A DNA stretch of 64,000 bases from positions 2,506,649-2,570,648 of the forward strand of contig CAWGXO010000002.1 in NCBI GenBank assembly GCA_963826615.1. The letters are read 5' to 3'. Below the pieces are notes generated by a model. That model had not been told where the DNA came from. It did no database searches and saw only the letters and a list, made by a program, of their open reading frames with translations. Position numbers and translations under genes: made by a program. This DNA comes from an uncultured Actinomycetes bacterium (GTDB taxonomy: Bacteria; Actinomycetota; Thermoleophilia; Solirubrobacterales; Solirubrobacteraceae). Positions 30,977 to 40,201 of the stretch are shown in pieces (the stretch's first letter is position 1; each line of letters opens with the position of its first letter).

Positions 30977-32900
30977 ATGCCGCGCATGCGCCGACGGATC
31001 CGGTCGGCGGTCGTGCCCCTGCATCGCCACTCGATCCCGCAGCTGGCGATCGACGGGGTCCTCGTCGCCGCCGCGTACCTGCTCGCGTACCGGCTGCGCT
31101 TCGACCAGGGCGTGCCGCCTCGCTACGACGAGCTCTACGACGCCACGCTGCCTTGGGTCGTCCCGTCGAGCCTGGTCGTCTTCACGCTGTTCGGCCTCTA
31201 TGCCAAGCACTGGCGCTACGTGGACCAGCGCGACTACGTGGCGATCGGCCAGGGCGTGGTGGTCTCCACGCTCGCGCTCGTCGGCTTCATCGCGGTCTCG
31301 CACCCCGCGACCGTCCCGTCGCGCACCGGTGAGGTCGCGGTCACGCTGCCGTCGGGCGTGATCGCGCTGTTCGCGCTGCTCGCGCTGGTGCTGCTGGCGG
31401 TCCCGCGCTTCGTGGCGCGCTCTGTCTACGAGCGGCCGCTGCGCGGCTTCCGCGCTGCGCAGGGACGCGCGGAGGGTGCTCATCGTCGGCGCCGGCGACG
31501 GCGGGCGCCTCGTGCTCCGCGAGATCCTGCGCAACCCCGAGCTCGGGCTCAACCCGGTCGGCTTCGTCGACGACGATCCGCTCAAGCGAGGCCTGCGCGT
31601 CGACGGCGTGCGCGTGCTCGGGCCCACCGCCGAGCTCGGGCGCATCCTCGACGAGGCCGAGCCCGACGAGCTGACGATCGCGATCCCGTCGGCGCCCGGC
31701 ACGCTGCGGGCACGCGTCGTCCGCGCGGCGCGCGAGCGCGGCATCCCGGTCCGCACCCTGCCCACGGTCTTCGAGCTGCTCCAGCGCGGCGGCGAGGTCG
31801 TCCGCCAGGTCCGCGAGGTCCAGGTCGAGGACATCCTCGGCCGCGAGCCGGTGCGGATGGAGCTCGACCGCGTCGGCAGCTACCTCGACGGCGAGGTCGT
31901 CCTCGTCACCGGCGCCGGGGGCTCGATCGGCTCCGAGCTGTGCCGCCAGATCGCGCGCGTCGCGCCGCGGCGGCTCGTCCTGGTCGACCACGCCGAGGAC
32001 AACCTCTTCCAGATCCAGCGCGAGCTCGAGGAGGACCGCCACGTGCACCCCCAGGTGCTCGTCCCGGTCCTCGCCGACTGCAAGGAGGGCGAGCGCATGC
32101 GCGAGGTCTTCGCCGAGCACCGGCCGACCGTCGTGTTCCACGCCGCCGCCTACAAGCACGTGGGCCTGATGGAGCCCAACCCGGTCGAGGCGGTCCGCAA
32201 CAACGCCATCGCCACCCGGCGCGTGGCGCAGATCGCCGGCGAGTCGGGCGTCCGGGCTTTCGTCCTCGTCTCGACCGACAAGGCCGTCTCGCCGGCGACC
32301 GTGATGGGCGCGTCGAAGGCGCTGGCCGAGTGGGCGGTCGAGGAGGCCCACTGGCGCTTCCCGGGCACCCGCTTCTCGACCGTGCGCTTCGGCAACGTGC
32401 TCGGCTCATCGGGCAGCGTCGTGCCGATCTTCCGCCGCCAGATCGCGCTCGGCGGCCCGGTGACCGTCACCGACGAGCGCATGACCCGCTACTTCATGAC
32501 GATCCCCGAGGCCGTGCAGCTCGTCATCCGCTCGGGATCGCTCGGCCGCGGCGGCGAGGTCTACGTGCTGGAGATGGGCGAGCCGGTGCGGATCTTCGAC
32601 CTCGCACGGGACATGATCGAGCTCTCCGGCCTCGATCCCGAGCACGACATCGCGATCGAGGTCGTCGGCCGCCGCCCCGGCGAGAAGCTGCACGAGGAGC
32701 TGTTCAACCCCTACGAGCGGCCGCAGCCGACGCCGGCGGAGAAGATCATGCTCGCCGAGCGCGAGCCGCTGGACTCCGGGCTGGTCGCGGACATGTTCGA
32801 CAAGATCGGGCTGCTCGTGCTCGAGGGCGACGCGGCGGCGCTGGCGGCGAAGGTCGGCGAGCTCGCCGAGGTCCGCCGCCCCCCGACGGTGAGCGCCTGA
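30977..32900 (+). pseudogene. Membrane-bound CapD/PglF/WbpM-like nucleotide-sugar 4,6-dehydratase, with one extra base near 31460
   Basis: The N-terminal 4-TM region (MPRMRRRIRSAVVPLHRHSIPQLAIDGVLVAAAYLLAY...) is in one frame. From ~31461 the next frame reads RDARRVLIVGAGDGG...VLVTGAGGSIGSEL...FHAAAYKHV...STDKAV...SKALAE...RFGNVLGSSGSV. Length is 3n+1. Confidence 0.85.
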
Positions 32901-32924
32901 GCGCTCCGTAGACTGCCCCCTTCG

Positions 32925-34193
32925 ATGCCGGCCCTCGTCCTCGCGTTCTCGATCTCGCACAGGATCGATCAGTACGGCTCCATCGCCGGGTATGCGTCCG
33001 TGCTCGGTCTCGCGGTGCTTTCGCTGCTGTACTTCGCCCAGGCCCGCGAGGTCAAGCGCCTGCGCGAGTGGGCGGGGCGAGCGCCCGAGCGCGACGCCGA
33101 GCTCCAGGCGCGGGTCATCGCCGATGCCCAGCGCCGCACCCAGCCCGGCCAGGCCCAGCGCCCCGCGGGCGCGCCGGCAACCGCCGCGACCGGCGCGCGA
33201 CCGGGCAACGGCGCGGCCCAGCCCGCCACCGCCGCGGGCCGGGCGCCCGGGCCGGTGAAGCCCGCGGGCCAGGGCGCGAAGCCCGCGCCGGGCCAGCCGG
33301 CGGCTCCCGGCGCCCCCGCGGGCCCTGGCGCGCCGGCTCCGGCCGGCGGGCGGCCCGCTGCTCCGGCGACCTCCGGCCAGCAGCCTGCGCCGGCCGGCCC
33401 GCCCGCCCAGGGCGCCGGCCAGCCAGCCGCGCCCGCGCAGCCGTCCCCGCCCGCCCAGGGCGGTCAGGCGCCGCGCCCGGGCGCTCCGCCGCCCCCGTCA
33501 CAGGCGCCGGCGGGCCCCGTGACCGCGGCGGGCGCCGCCGCAGCCGGTGGCGCCGGTGGCGCCGGCCCGCCCGCCCAGGGCGCCGGCCAGCCCCGCCCGC
33601 GCAGGACCGTGACGGTTGGTGGCTCCGCCGCGGCGTCGCGCACCGCACCGCCCTCCCCGCCGCGAGCGCCCGCCGGCGGCTCGGGGGGCGGCAGCCGCGG
33701 CGGCCCCTCGCCCGCGATGCTCGCGGCCGCGGCAGGCGTCATGGCCGTGGCGGTCGTGGTCGTGCTGCTGTTCACGGGCGTGATCGGCGGCGGCGCGGGC
33801 AGCTCCCCGGTCGTGTCGAAGACCAACCAGATCGCCCCGGCTTCCCCCGGCGGCGGCGCGGGCACCGGCTCGACCACGGCGACCACGCCCGCGCGGGGCG
33901 CCACCACCGTCACGGTCCTCAACGGCACGACGGTGACCGGCCTCGCCCGCCAGGCGGCGGACAAGCTCCAGTCCAGCGGCTACAAGATCGACCGGGTCAC
34001 GGATGCCGCCGACCAGGCCCAGCAGACCTCCCAGGTCGCCTACGCCGACGGCTACCAGCGTGCCGCGCGGCAGGTCGCGGGCATCGTGGGCATCGCCACC
34101 AGCGGCGTCGTCCCGATCGACGCCAGCACGCGCGCTGTCGCCGGCGCTGCCGCGAACGTGGTCGTCACGATGGGCGCGGACAAGGCGCAGTAG
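32925..34193 (+). CDS. LytR_C-domain protein with two TM helices and a ~230-aa Pro/Ala/Gly-rich linker
   Basis: The C-terminus TVTVLNGTTVTGLARQAADKLQSSGYKIDRVTDAADQAQQTSQVAYADGYQRAARQVAGIVG fits the LytR C-terminal domain. Confidence 0.7.
   Translation: MPALVLAFSISHRIDQYGSIAGYASVLGLAVLSLLYFAQAREVKRLREWAGRAPERDAELQARVIADAQRRTQPGQAQRPAGAPATAATGARPGNGAAQPATAAGRAPGPVKPAGQGAKPAPGQPAAPGAPAGPGAPAPAGGRPAAPATSGQQPAPAGPPAQGAGQPAAPAQPSPPAQGGQAPRPGAPPPPSQAPAGPVTAAGAAAAGGAGGAGPPAQGAGQPRPRRTVTVGGSAAASRTAPPSPPRAPAGGSGGGSRGGPSPAMLAAAAGVMAVAVVVVLLFTGVIGGGAGSSPVVSKTNQIAPASPGGGAGTGSTTATTPARGATTVTVLNGTTVTGLARQAADKLQSSGYKIDRVTDAADQAQQTSQVAYADGYQRAARQVAGIVGIATSGVVPIDASTRAVAGAAANVVVTMGADKAQ
33393..33592 (+). repeat. 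32-bp perfect direct repeat inside the low-complexity linker
   Basis: GCCGGCCCGCCCGCCCAGGGCGCCGGCCAGCC at 33393-33424 and again at 33561-33592. Each copy encodes AGPPAQGAGQP. Confidence 0.85.
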
Positions 34194-34966
34194 ACATCTC
34201 GCCGCTCGAGCTTCCCACCCGCAGCCGCAAGCCGCGCGAGCGGGGGATCACCCACGTCCTCGACCGCGGCCTGTCGATCGCCCAGGTCGACGGGCTCGTG
34301 GAGGTCGCCGGCGACGCGGTGGACATCGTCAAGCTCGGCTGGGGGACGGCGCTGGCCACCCAGAACCTCGACGCCAAGCTCGCGCGCTACCGCGACCACG
34401 GCATTCCCGTCGTCCTCGGCGGCACGCTCACCGAGCTGGCGATCCGCCAGGGGCGCGTCGAGGAGCTCGTCGCGTGGATGCGGGAGCTCGGCCTCGGCCA
34501 CGTCGAGGTCTCCGACGGCTCGATCGCGCTCGAGCCGGAGCGCAAGCGCGAGCTGATCGCGCGACTGGCCGGCGAGGGGCTGGTCGTGCTCTCGGAGGTG
34601 GGCTCCAAGGACGCCGAGGAGATCATGGCCCCCTATCGCTGGGTCGAGCAGATCCAGGCCGAGCTGGCGGCCGGCGCCTGGAAGGTCATCGCCGAGGCCC
34701 GCGAGTCGGGGACCGCGGGGATCTTCCGTCCCGACGGCGAGGTCCGCATGGGCCTGATCGACGAGATCGCCCACGCCGTGGACGTCGGCCGGGTTGTCTT
34801 CGAGGCTCCGCGCAAGGACCAGCAGGTCTGGTTCCTGCGCCGCTTCGGGCCCGACTGCAACCTCGGCAACATCCATCCCGACGAGGTGCTGTCGCTCGAG
34901 ACGCTGCGGCTCGGCCTCAGGTCGGACACGATCGGCATCGAGAGCGGCCCTCCCCCGCGGCCGTGA
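34190..34966 (+). CDS. comA: Phosphosulfolactate synthase (ComA family); start codon unresolved
   Basis: ISPLELPTRSRKPRERGITHVLDRGLSIAQVDGLVEVAGDAVDIVKLGWGTALATQNLDAKL...VEVSDGSIAL...VLSEVGSKD...ESGTAGIF. There is no in-frame ATG, GTG or TTG near the N-terminus, and the frame opens at GTAGAC overlapping the upstream TAG. Confidence 0.75.
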   Translation, partial: VDISPLELPTRSRKPRERGITHVLDRGLSIAQVDGLVEVAGDAVDIVKLGWGTALATQNLDAKLARYRDHGIPVVLGGTLTELAIRQGRVEELVAWMRELGLGHVEVSDGSIALEPERKRELIARLAGEGLVVLSEVGSKDAEEIMAPYRWVEQIQAELAAGAWKVIAEARESGTAGIFRPDGEVRMGLIDEIAHAVDVGRVVFEAPRKDQQVWFLRRFGPDCNLGNIHPDEVLSLETLRLGLRSDTIGIESGPPPRP

Positions 34967-35493
34967 TCTGGCTCGCGCGTCACGGCGAGACGCCCTACAA
35001 CGCCGAGCGCCGCTTCCAGGGGCAGAGCGCCGTCGCGCTCTCCGACCGGGGCCGCGAGCAGGCCCGCGGCCTCGCCGAGGCGGCGGCCGGGCGCGGGTTC
35101 GCCGCGCTGTGGTGCAGCCCGCTGCTTCGGGCGGCCGAGACGGCCGCGATCGTCGCCGGTCGCCTCGGCCTCGAGCCGGTCACCGAGGCGAGGCTCATGG
35201 AGACCGACGCCGGTGCCTGGACCGACCGGCTGTTCTCCGACGTCGAGGCCGTCGACCCCGAGCGCTTCGCGGCGTTCGTCGCCGGCGACCCGGCGTTCGC
35301 GTTCCCCGGGGGCGAGTCGTTCGCCGACCAGCAGGAGCGGGTCTGCGCTGCGCTCGACGACATCCGCGAGCGCAGCGAGCTCCCCGCGCTCGTCGTCTGC
35401 CACCGCAACTCGATGCGGCTCGCGCTCGAGCGCTCGCGCGGCCGCCGGATCGCGCTCGAGGAGATCCCCAACGGCGCGCTGGTGGAGCTGTGA
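34963..35493 (+). CDS. Histidine phosphatase (PGAM-like) family protein
   Basis: VIWLARHGETPYNAERRFQG...SPLLRAAETA...VCHRNSMRL. It has a GTGA overlap with comA. Confidence 0.85.
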   Translation: MIWLARHGETPYNAERRFQGQSAVALSDRGREQARGLAEAAAGRGFAALWCSPLLRAAETAAIVAGRLGLEPVTEARLMETDAGAWTDRLFSDVEAVDPERFAAFVAGDPAFAFPGGESFADQQERVCAALDDIRERSELPALVVCHRNSMRLALERSRGRRIALEEIPNGALVEL

Positions 35494-37289
35494 CGGTCGT
35501 CGCGCGGGTCGTCTTCGCCCTCCTGGTGGGCGCGACCTTCTCCGCCTTCCTCGTCGCCCAGCGGCTCAAGCACACGCCGCCGGTGGTGCAGTCCTTCCAC
35601 GCCCGCGGCTTCTTCTCGCCCAACGGGGACGGGCGCTTCGACCGCGAGGGCATCACGTTCCGCGTCAAGCACACCGACGACGTGACCGCCGAGATCGTCA
35701 ACGCCTCGGGTGACGCGGTGCGCACCCTGTTCCGCGACCGCCGCATGCTCGCCTACCGGCAGCTGCCCACCGTCAAGTGGGACGGCATCACCGACGCCGG
35801 ACGCCGCGCGCCGGACGGCGCCTACCGCGTCCGCGTCACGCTCCGCAACGAGGGGCGGTCGGTGACGGTGCCCCGGTCGTTCCGCCTCGACGTCACCCCG
35901 CCACGCCCGCACGTGCTCTCGATCGGCCCCGAGCGCGCCCGCGGGCCGGAGCTGCTGCCCAACCGGCAGGGGTACGCGACCGTCCACACCTCGGCGCCGG
36001 GGCGCAAGCCCGAGGTCCTGATCTTCAAGACCGCTCCGGGGCGCCCTCGCCTCGTCGACACGCTGCCGCTGAAGGGCACGTCGGTGCGGTGGAGCGCCCA
36101 CCTGGGCGGGCGCGCGGTCTCCGCGGGGACCTATCTGGCTGTCGCGCGGTGGCGCGACCAGGCGGGCAACGTCGGCACCTCCGTGCCGCTGCGGCGCGGC
36201 ACGGAGCTGCCGGTCATCCCGTACGGCGAGCGGCTGCCCGGGCGCGGCGGGATCACCGTTCGCTACCTCGAGATCCAGCCGCCGTCGGAGCCGGTGAAGG
36301 CCGGAGCCGTCGCGACCGTCGGCGTCGACGCGAGGGGGGCGTGCTTCCGCGCCTCGCTGCGGCGGATCGGCGCGCCGCGGCCCGTCCGCCGCTGGCGCTC
36401 GTGTCACACGCCGTTCCACCTGCACGCCCCGGCCGGCCGATCGGGGGTGTTCCTCTTCGAGGCGCGAACCGCGCGGCACGTGGCGTCGGCACCGCTCGCG
36501 ATCCAGGGGGGCGGCTCCGAGCCGGTCCTCGTCGTGCTGCCGTACATGACCTGGCAGGGCCGCAACCCGATCGACGACCAGGGCGACGGCGCGCCGGACA
36601 CACTCGAGCGCGGCGTGCCGGTCCGCCTCGCCCGGGTCCTCGCCGGGGGCCGGCTGCCCAGCGGGTTCACCGACCAGGAGGGCCCGCTGCTCGCGTTCCT
36701 GGGCCGCAAGGGCAAGCGGTTCGACGTGACGACCGACGTCGCGCTGGCGCATGGGCGGGGCGCCGTTCTGCGCGGCCACCGCGGCCTCCTGCTGCCCGGC
36801 GACGTCCGCTGGCTGCCGGGCTCGGTCCAGCTCGCGATCCGGCGCTTCGTGGCCCGCGGCGGGACGCTGCTGCTCACCGGGCTGGACTCGCTGCGGCGCG
36901 AGGCGACGCTGACGTCCGGTGATCGCCTGGTCCGGCCCACGGCCCCGGCCGGCAGCAACGTCTTCGGGGCGCGCCTGCGACCGGTCGTCCACCGCTCGAC
37001 GACCGTCACCAACCTCGTCGATCACATCCAGCTCTTCAGCGGCGACGTCTTCGGCGGCACCGGGGTGTTCGGCGGCTTCGCCGGGTTCGAGGCCACGGCC
37101 GGGCTCGGTCCTCGCGAGCAGCTGGCCGCCAGCGCCGTCACCGACGACGGCCAGGTCGTGATCGTCGCGGCACGCTTCGGGAAGGGGCTCGTCATCCGCA
37201 CGGGGCTGGTGGCGTTCCCCACCCGGCTGACCGCCGATGCCAACAGCGCCGAGCTCGTCCAGCGCGCCTGGACCCTCCTGTCCCGATGA
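35490..37289 (+). CDS. Membrane-anchored protein with FlgD-Ig-like repeats and an uncharacterised C-terminal domain
   Basis: An N-terminal TM helix, then FFSPNGDGRFDREGITFRV...DGAYRVRVTL (FlgD Ig-like pattern) and a second similar repeat. The C-terminus VLVVLPYMTWQGRNPID...GGTLLLTG was not recognised. It has a GTGA overlap with the upstream gene. Confidence 0.5.
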   Translation: MTVVARVVFALLVGATFSAFLVAQRLKHTPPVVQSFHARGFFSPNGDGRFDREGITFRVKHTDDVTAEIVNASGDAVRTLFRDRRMLAYRQLPTVKWDGITDAGRRAPDGAYRVRVTLRNEGRSVTVPRSFRLDVTPPRPHVLSIGPERARGPELLPNRQGYATVHTSAPGRKPEVLIFKTAPGRPRLVDTLPLKGTSVRWSAHLGGRAVSAGTYLAVARWRDQAGNVGTSVPLRRGTELPVIPYGERLPGRGGITVRYLEIQPPSEPVKAGAVATVGVDARGACFRASLRRIGAPRPVRRWRSCHTPFHLHAPAGRSGVFLFEARTARHVASAPLAIQGGGSEPVLVVLPYMTWQGRNPIDDQGDGAPDTLERGVPVRLARVLAGGRLPSGFTDQEGPLLAFLGRKGKRFDVTTDVALAHGRGAVLRGHRGLLLPGDVRWLPGSVQLAIRRFVARGGTLLLTGLDSLRREATLTSGDRLVRPTAPAGSNVFGARLRPVVHRSTTVTNLVDHIQLFSGDVFGGTGVFGGFAGFEATAGLGPREQLAASAVTDDGQVVIVAARFGKGLVIRTGLVAFPTRLTADANSAELVQRAWTLLSR

Positions 37290-38755
37290 AGGAGGTCGGG
37301 ATCGTCCTCGCCGCGGTGCTCGGGGGCGGGGCCGTCCTCGCGGCCGACGCGCCGCGAACGCGGGCGTGGGCGATGCTCGCCGCGCTCGTGCTGACGCCGG
37401 TGCTGCTGGTGGCGCACATCTGGGACTCCGACCAGCTGCGCCCGCTGCGGGACCACCCGCTCGCGGCGGTCGCGATCGTGGCCGTGGCGCTCGTCGGCCT
37501 GGCGCTGACCGCGGCGCTCCTCCTGCGCCGCCCGGAGGTCCTGCCGGTGGCGGCGATGGCCGCGCTGCCGTTCCGTGTCCCGGTGGCGAGCGGCGGGAGC
37601 ACCGCCAACCTGCTGGTGCCGCTCTACCTCGTGATCGCGGCCGGCGTGATCGCGCACGCCGTGGCGCTGCTCCGCGGCGCGTCCGGGCGCGCGGAGCCTC
37701 CGCCGCGCCCGCACGTGGGGGCGCTCGAGTGGGCGCTGATGGGGTTCGTGATCCTCTACGCGATCCAGGCGACCTATTCCGAGGACGTCGGCAAGGCGCT
37801 CGAGGAGGTCGTCTTCTTCTACGTCCCGTTCGCGCTGCTCTACGCGTGCCTGCGCGACGTGGACTGGACGCCGCGCCTGCTCGGCTGGTGCCTGGGCGCC
37901 CTGGTGGTGCTGGCCGTCGGCTTCGTCGGCATCGGCTACTGGGAGTACCACGCCCGCGAGCTGCTGCTGAACCCGAAGGTGCTGAGCGCCAACCGGTTCG
38001 CCTCCTACTTCCGGGTCAACTCGCTGTTCTTCGACCCGAACATCTACGGGCGCTTCCTGGCGCTGGTGATGCTCGGCATCACCGCTGTGCTGCTCTGGAG
38101 CGCGCGGGGTCGGAGCGCCGTCGCCGGGGGGCTGCTGCTCGCGTTTCTGTGGGGCGGGCTCGTGCTCTCCTTCTCGCAGTCGAGCTTCACCGCGCTGCTG
38201 GCGGGCCTTGCCGTCCTCGCCGCGCTGCGCTGGAGCCTGCGCTGGACGGCGATCGTGGTCGCGGCCGGCGTGGTCGCCGGAGCGGGCGTGGTGGTCGCCG
38301 CGCCGGGCGCGGTGCACCTCGACCTGGGCAGCTCGAAGTCGGCCGACACAGCCACGAGCGGGCGCTACGACCTGATCCGGGGCGGCGTGGACCTGTTCAC
38401 CGCGCGCCCAGTCGCAGGCTGGGGCTCGGGCGCCTTCTCGCGCGCCTACCGCCGAGAGCAGCACGCCTCCAGCGAGCGGGCGGTCTCTGCCTCCCACACG
38501 ATTCCGATCACCGTCGCAGCCGAGCAGGGCGCGATCGGGCTCGCCGCCTACCTCGTCCTGGTCGCGCTCGGCTTCGCCGTGCTGCTGCGGCGCGCCCGCG
38601 GGTCGCCGGCGCGGGCGGCGATCGCCGCCGCGTTCGCGGCCCTCGTGGTGCACACGATGCTCTACGCGGCGTTCCTCGAGGATCCGCTGGCCTGGGTGCT
38701 GCTCGCCGTGGGCGCGGCGCTGGCCCGGGGTCCCGGGGAGCCGGCGCGTGCGTGA
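37286..38755 (+). CDS. O-antigen ligase / Wzy-like polytopic membrane protein
   Basis: About 10 TM helices, with the central motif LSFSQSSFTALLAGLAVLAAL...GWGSGAFS...SHTIPITVAAEQG. It has an ATGA overlap with the upstream gene. Confidence 0.65.
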   Translation: MKEVGIVLAAVLGGGAVLAADAPRTRAWAMLAALVLTPVLLVAHIWDSDQLRPLRDHPLAAVAIVAVALVGLALTAALLLRRPEVLPVAAMAALPFRVPVASGGSTANLLVPLYLVIAAGVIAHAVALLRGASGRAEPPPRPHVGALEWALMGFVILYAIQATYSEDVGKALEEVVFFYVPFALLYACLRDVDWTPRLLGWCLGALVVLAVGFVGIGYWEYHARELLLNPKVLSANRFASYFRVNSLFFDPNIYGRFLALVMLGITAVLLWSARGRSAVAGGLLLAFLWGGLVLSFSQSSFTALLAGLAVLAALRWSLRWTAIVVAAGVVAGAGVVVAAPGAVHLDLGSSKSADTATSGRYDLIRGGVDLFTARPVAGWGSGAFSRAYRREQHASSERAVSASHTIPITVAAEQGAIGLAAYLVLVALGFAVLLRRARGSPARAAIAAAFAALVVHTMLYAAFLEDPLAWVLLAVGAALARGPGEPARA

Positions 38756-40148
38756 GCGGCTGGCGTTCGGCGGCCTCGGTGCGGCGGCGCTCGCCCTCTT
38801 CGCGCTCGCCCCGACCTATCCCAACTACGACGCCTACTACCACCTCGTCTGGGGCCGCGAGATCCTCGCCGGCCACGCGCCCGGCTTCGACGCCTACCAG
38901 GCGCCGACCGAGCACCCGCTCTACGTCGCCCTGGCCGCGCTGCTGGCAGCGGTCTTCGGAGACCACGCCGACCGGGCGCTGGTCGCGGTCGGCGCGGCAT
39001 CGACGGTCGCGCTCGCGTGGGCGACGTTCCGGGTGGGTCGCGCCTGCTTCTCCGAGGCGGCGGGCTGGCTCGCCGCGCTGTTCGTCGCCTCGTCGTTCGC
39101 GTTCCTGCTCTACGCCGCGCGGGCGTACGTCGACGTGCCGTTCCTGGCCGTCGTCATGTGGGCGGCGGCCGTCGAGGCGCAGGCACCCGGGCGCCGGGCG
39201 CGGCTGGTCATGGGGCTGCTCGCCGCGGCCGGCCTGCTGCGACCCGAGGCCTGGGTGCTCGCCGGCCTGTACTGGCTGTGGTGCGTGCGTGCGGGCGGCG
39301 CCTCCCCGAGGCGCTCGCCGCGGCTCGAGCTGCTGGCGATCGCGGCGATCGGGCCGGTCGTGTGGGCGATCGTCGACGGGGCGGTGACGGGCGACCCGCT
39401 GCACTCGCTGCACGCGACCAGCGACCTGGCCGGCGAGCTGCACCGCTCGCGCGGGCTGGGCGCCGTCCCCGGCTCGTTCGTCAGCTTCGTCTTCGACGTC
39501 GCCCGCCCGCCGGTGGCGCTCGCCGCCGTGGGCGGCCTGGGGCTGGCGCTGGCCCGGCCGGCGCGCGTGCGTGCGCTGCACGTCCCGCTCGCGCTGCTCG
39601 CCGGCGGCGGGCTCACCTTCCTCGTCACGGGCGCCGCCGGGCTGTCGATCCTGCCGCGCTACCTGACGGTCCCGGTCGTGGCGCTCGCGCTGTTCGCCGG
39701 GCACGCCGTGGCCGTGCTCGCCCGTCGCCGGGCCGTCGCCGTGGCCCTGGTCCTCGTCGCCGCCGCGTTCCTCGCGGTCAAGGCGTCGTCGTTCGCCAGG
39801 CTCGCCGACGAGCTGCGGTTCATCCGCGCCACCCACCGCGACCTCGTCGCCATCCTCGGAGATCCGCGCGTCGAGCGGGCGCGGCGCTGCGGGCCGGTGA
39901 CGCTGCCGAACTACCGGCTCGTTCCCGACACCCGCTGGATCCTCGACAGCCGCTCGGTCGGCGCGCGCAGCGCGAAGCGCCGGGCGCACGGGGTGTCCCT
40001 GTTCGTCCTGGGCTCGAAGGGGCTTCGCCGGTTCGGCTTCGCCGACGCCGCCTCGCCGCTGACCACGGTGCCCGACCCGGGCTACCTGCCGATCGCGCGG
40101 CACGGCATGTTCAGCGCCTACGCCTCATGCTCGTCACCAACGGCGTGA
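38748..40148 (+). CDS. GT-C-fold (ArnT/PMT-like) membrane glycosyltransferase
   Basis: A polytopic protein. The N-terminus PNYDAYYHLVWGREILAGHAPGFDAYQAPTEHPLY resembles the GT39/GT83 first loop. Confidence 0.5.
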   Translation: MRERLAFGGLGAAALALFALAPTYPNYDAYYHLVWGREILAGHAPGFDAYQAPTEHPLYVALAALLAAVFGDHADRALVAVGAASTVALAWATFRVGRACFSEAAGWLAALFVASSFAFLLYAARAYVDVPFLAVVMWAAAVEAQAPGRRARLVMGLLAAAGLLRPEAWVLAGLYWLWCVRAGGASPRRSPRLELLAIAAIGPVVWAIVDGAVTGDPLHSLHATSDLAGELHRSRGLGAVPGSFVSFVFDVARPPVALAAVGGLGLALARPARVRALHVPLALLAGGGLTFLVTGAAGLSILPRYLTVPVVALALFAGHAVAVLARRRAVAVALVLVAAAFLAVKASSFARLADELRFIRATHRDLVAILGDPRVERARRCGPVTLPNYRLVPDTRWILDSRSVGARSAKRRAHGVSLFVLGSKGLRRFGFADAASPLTTVPDPGYLPIARHGMFSAYASCSSPTA

Positions 40149-40201
40149 AGCCGAGCCAACGGCGGCTCGAGCTCCGGCTCGGGGCCGCCCCGGACCCTCG
40201 G

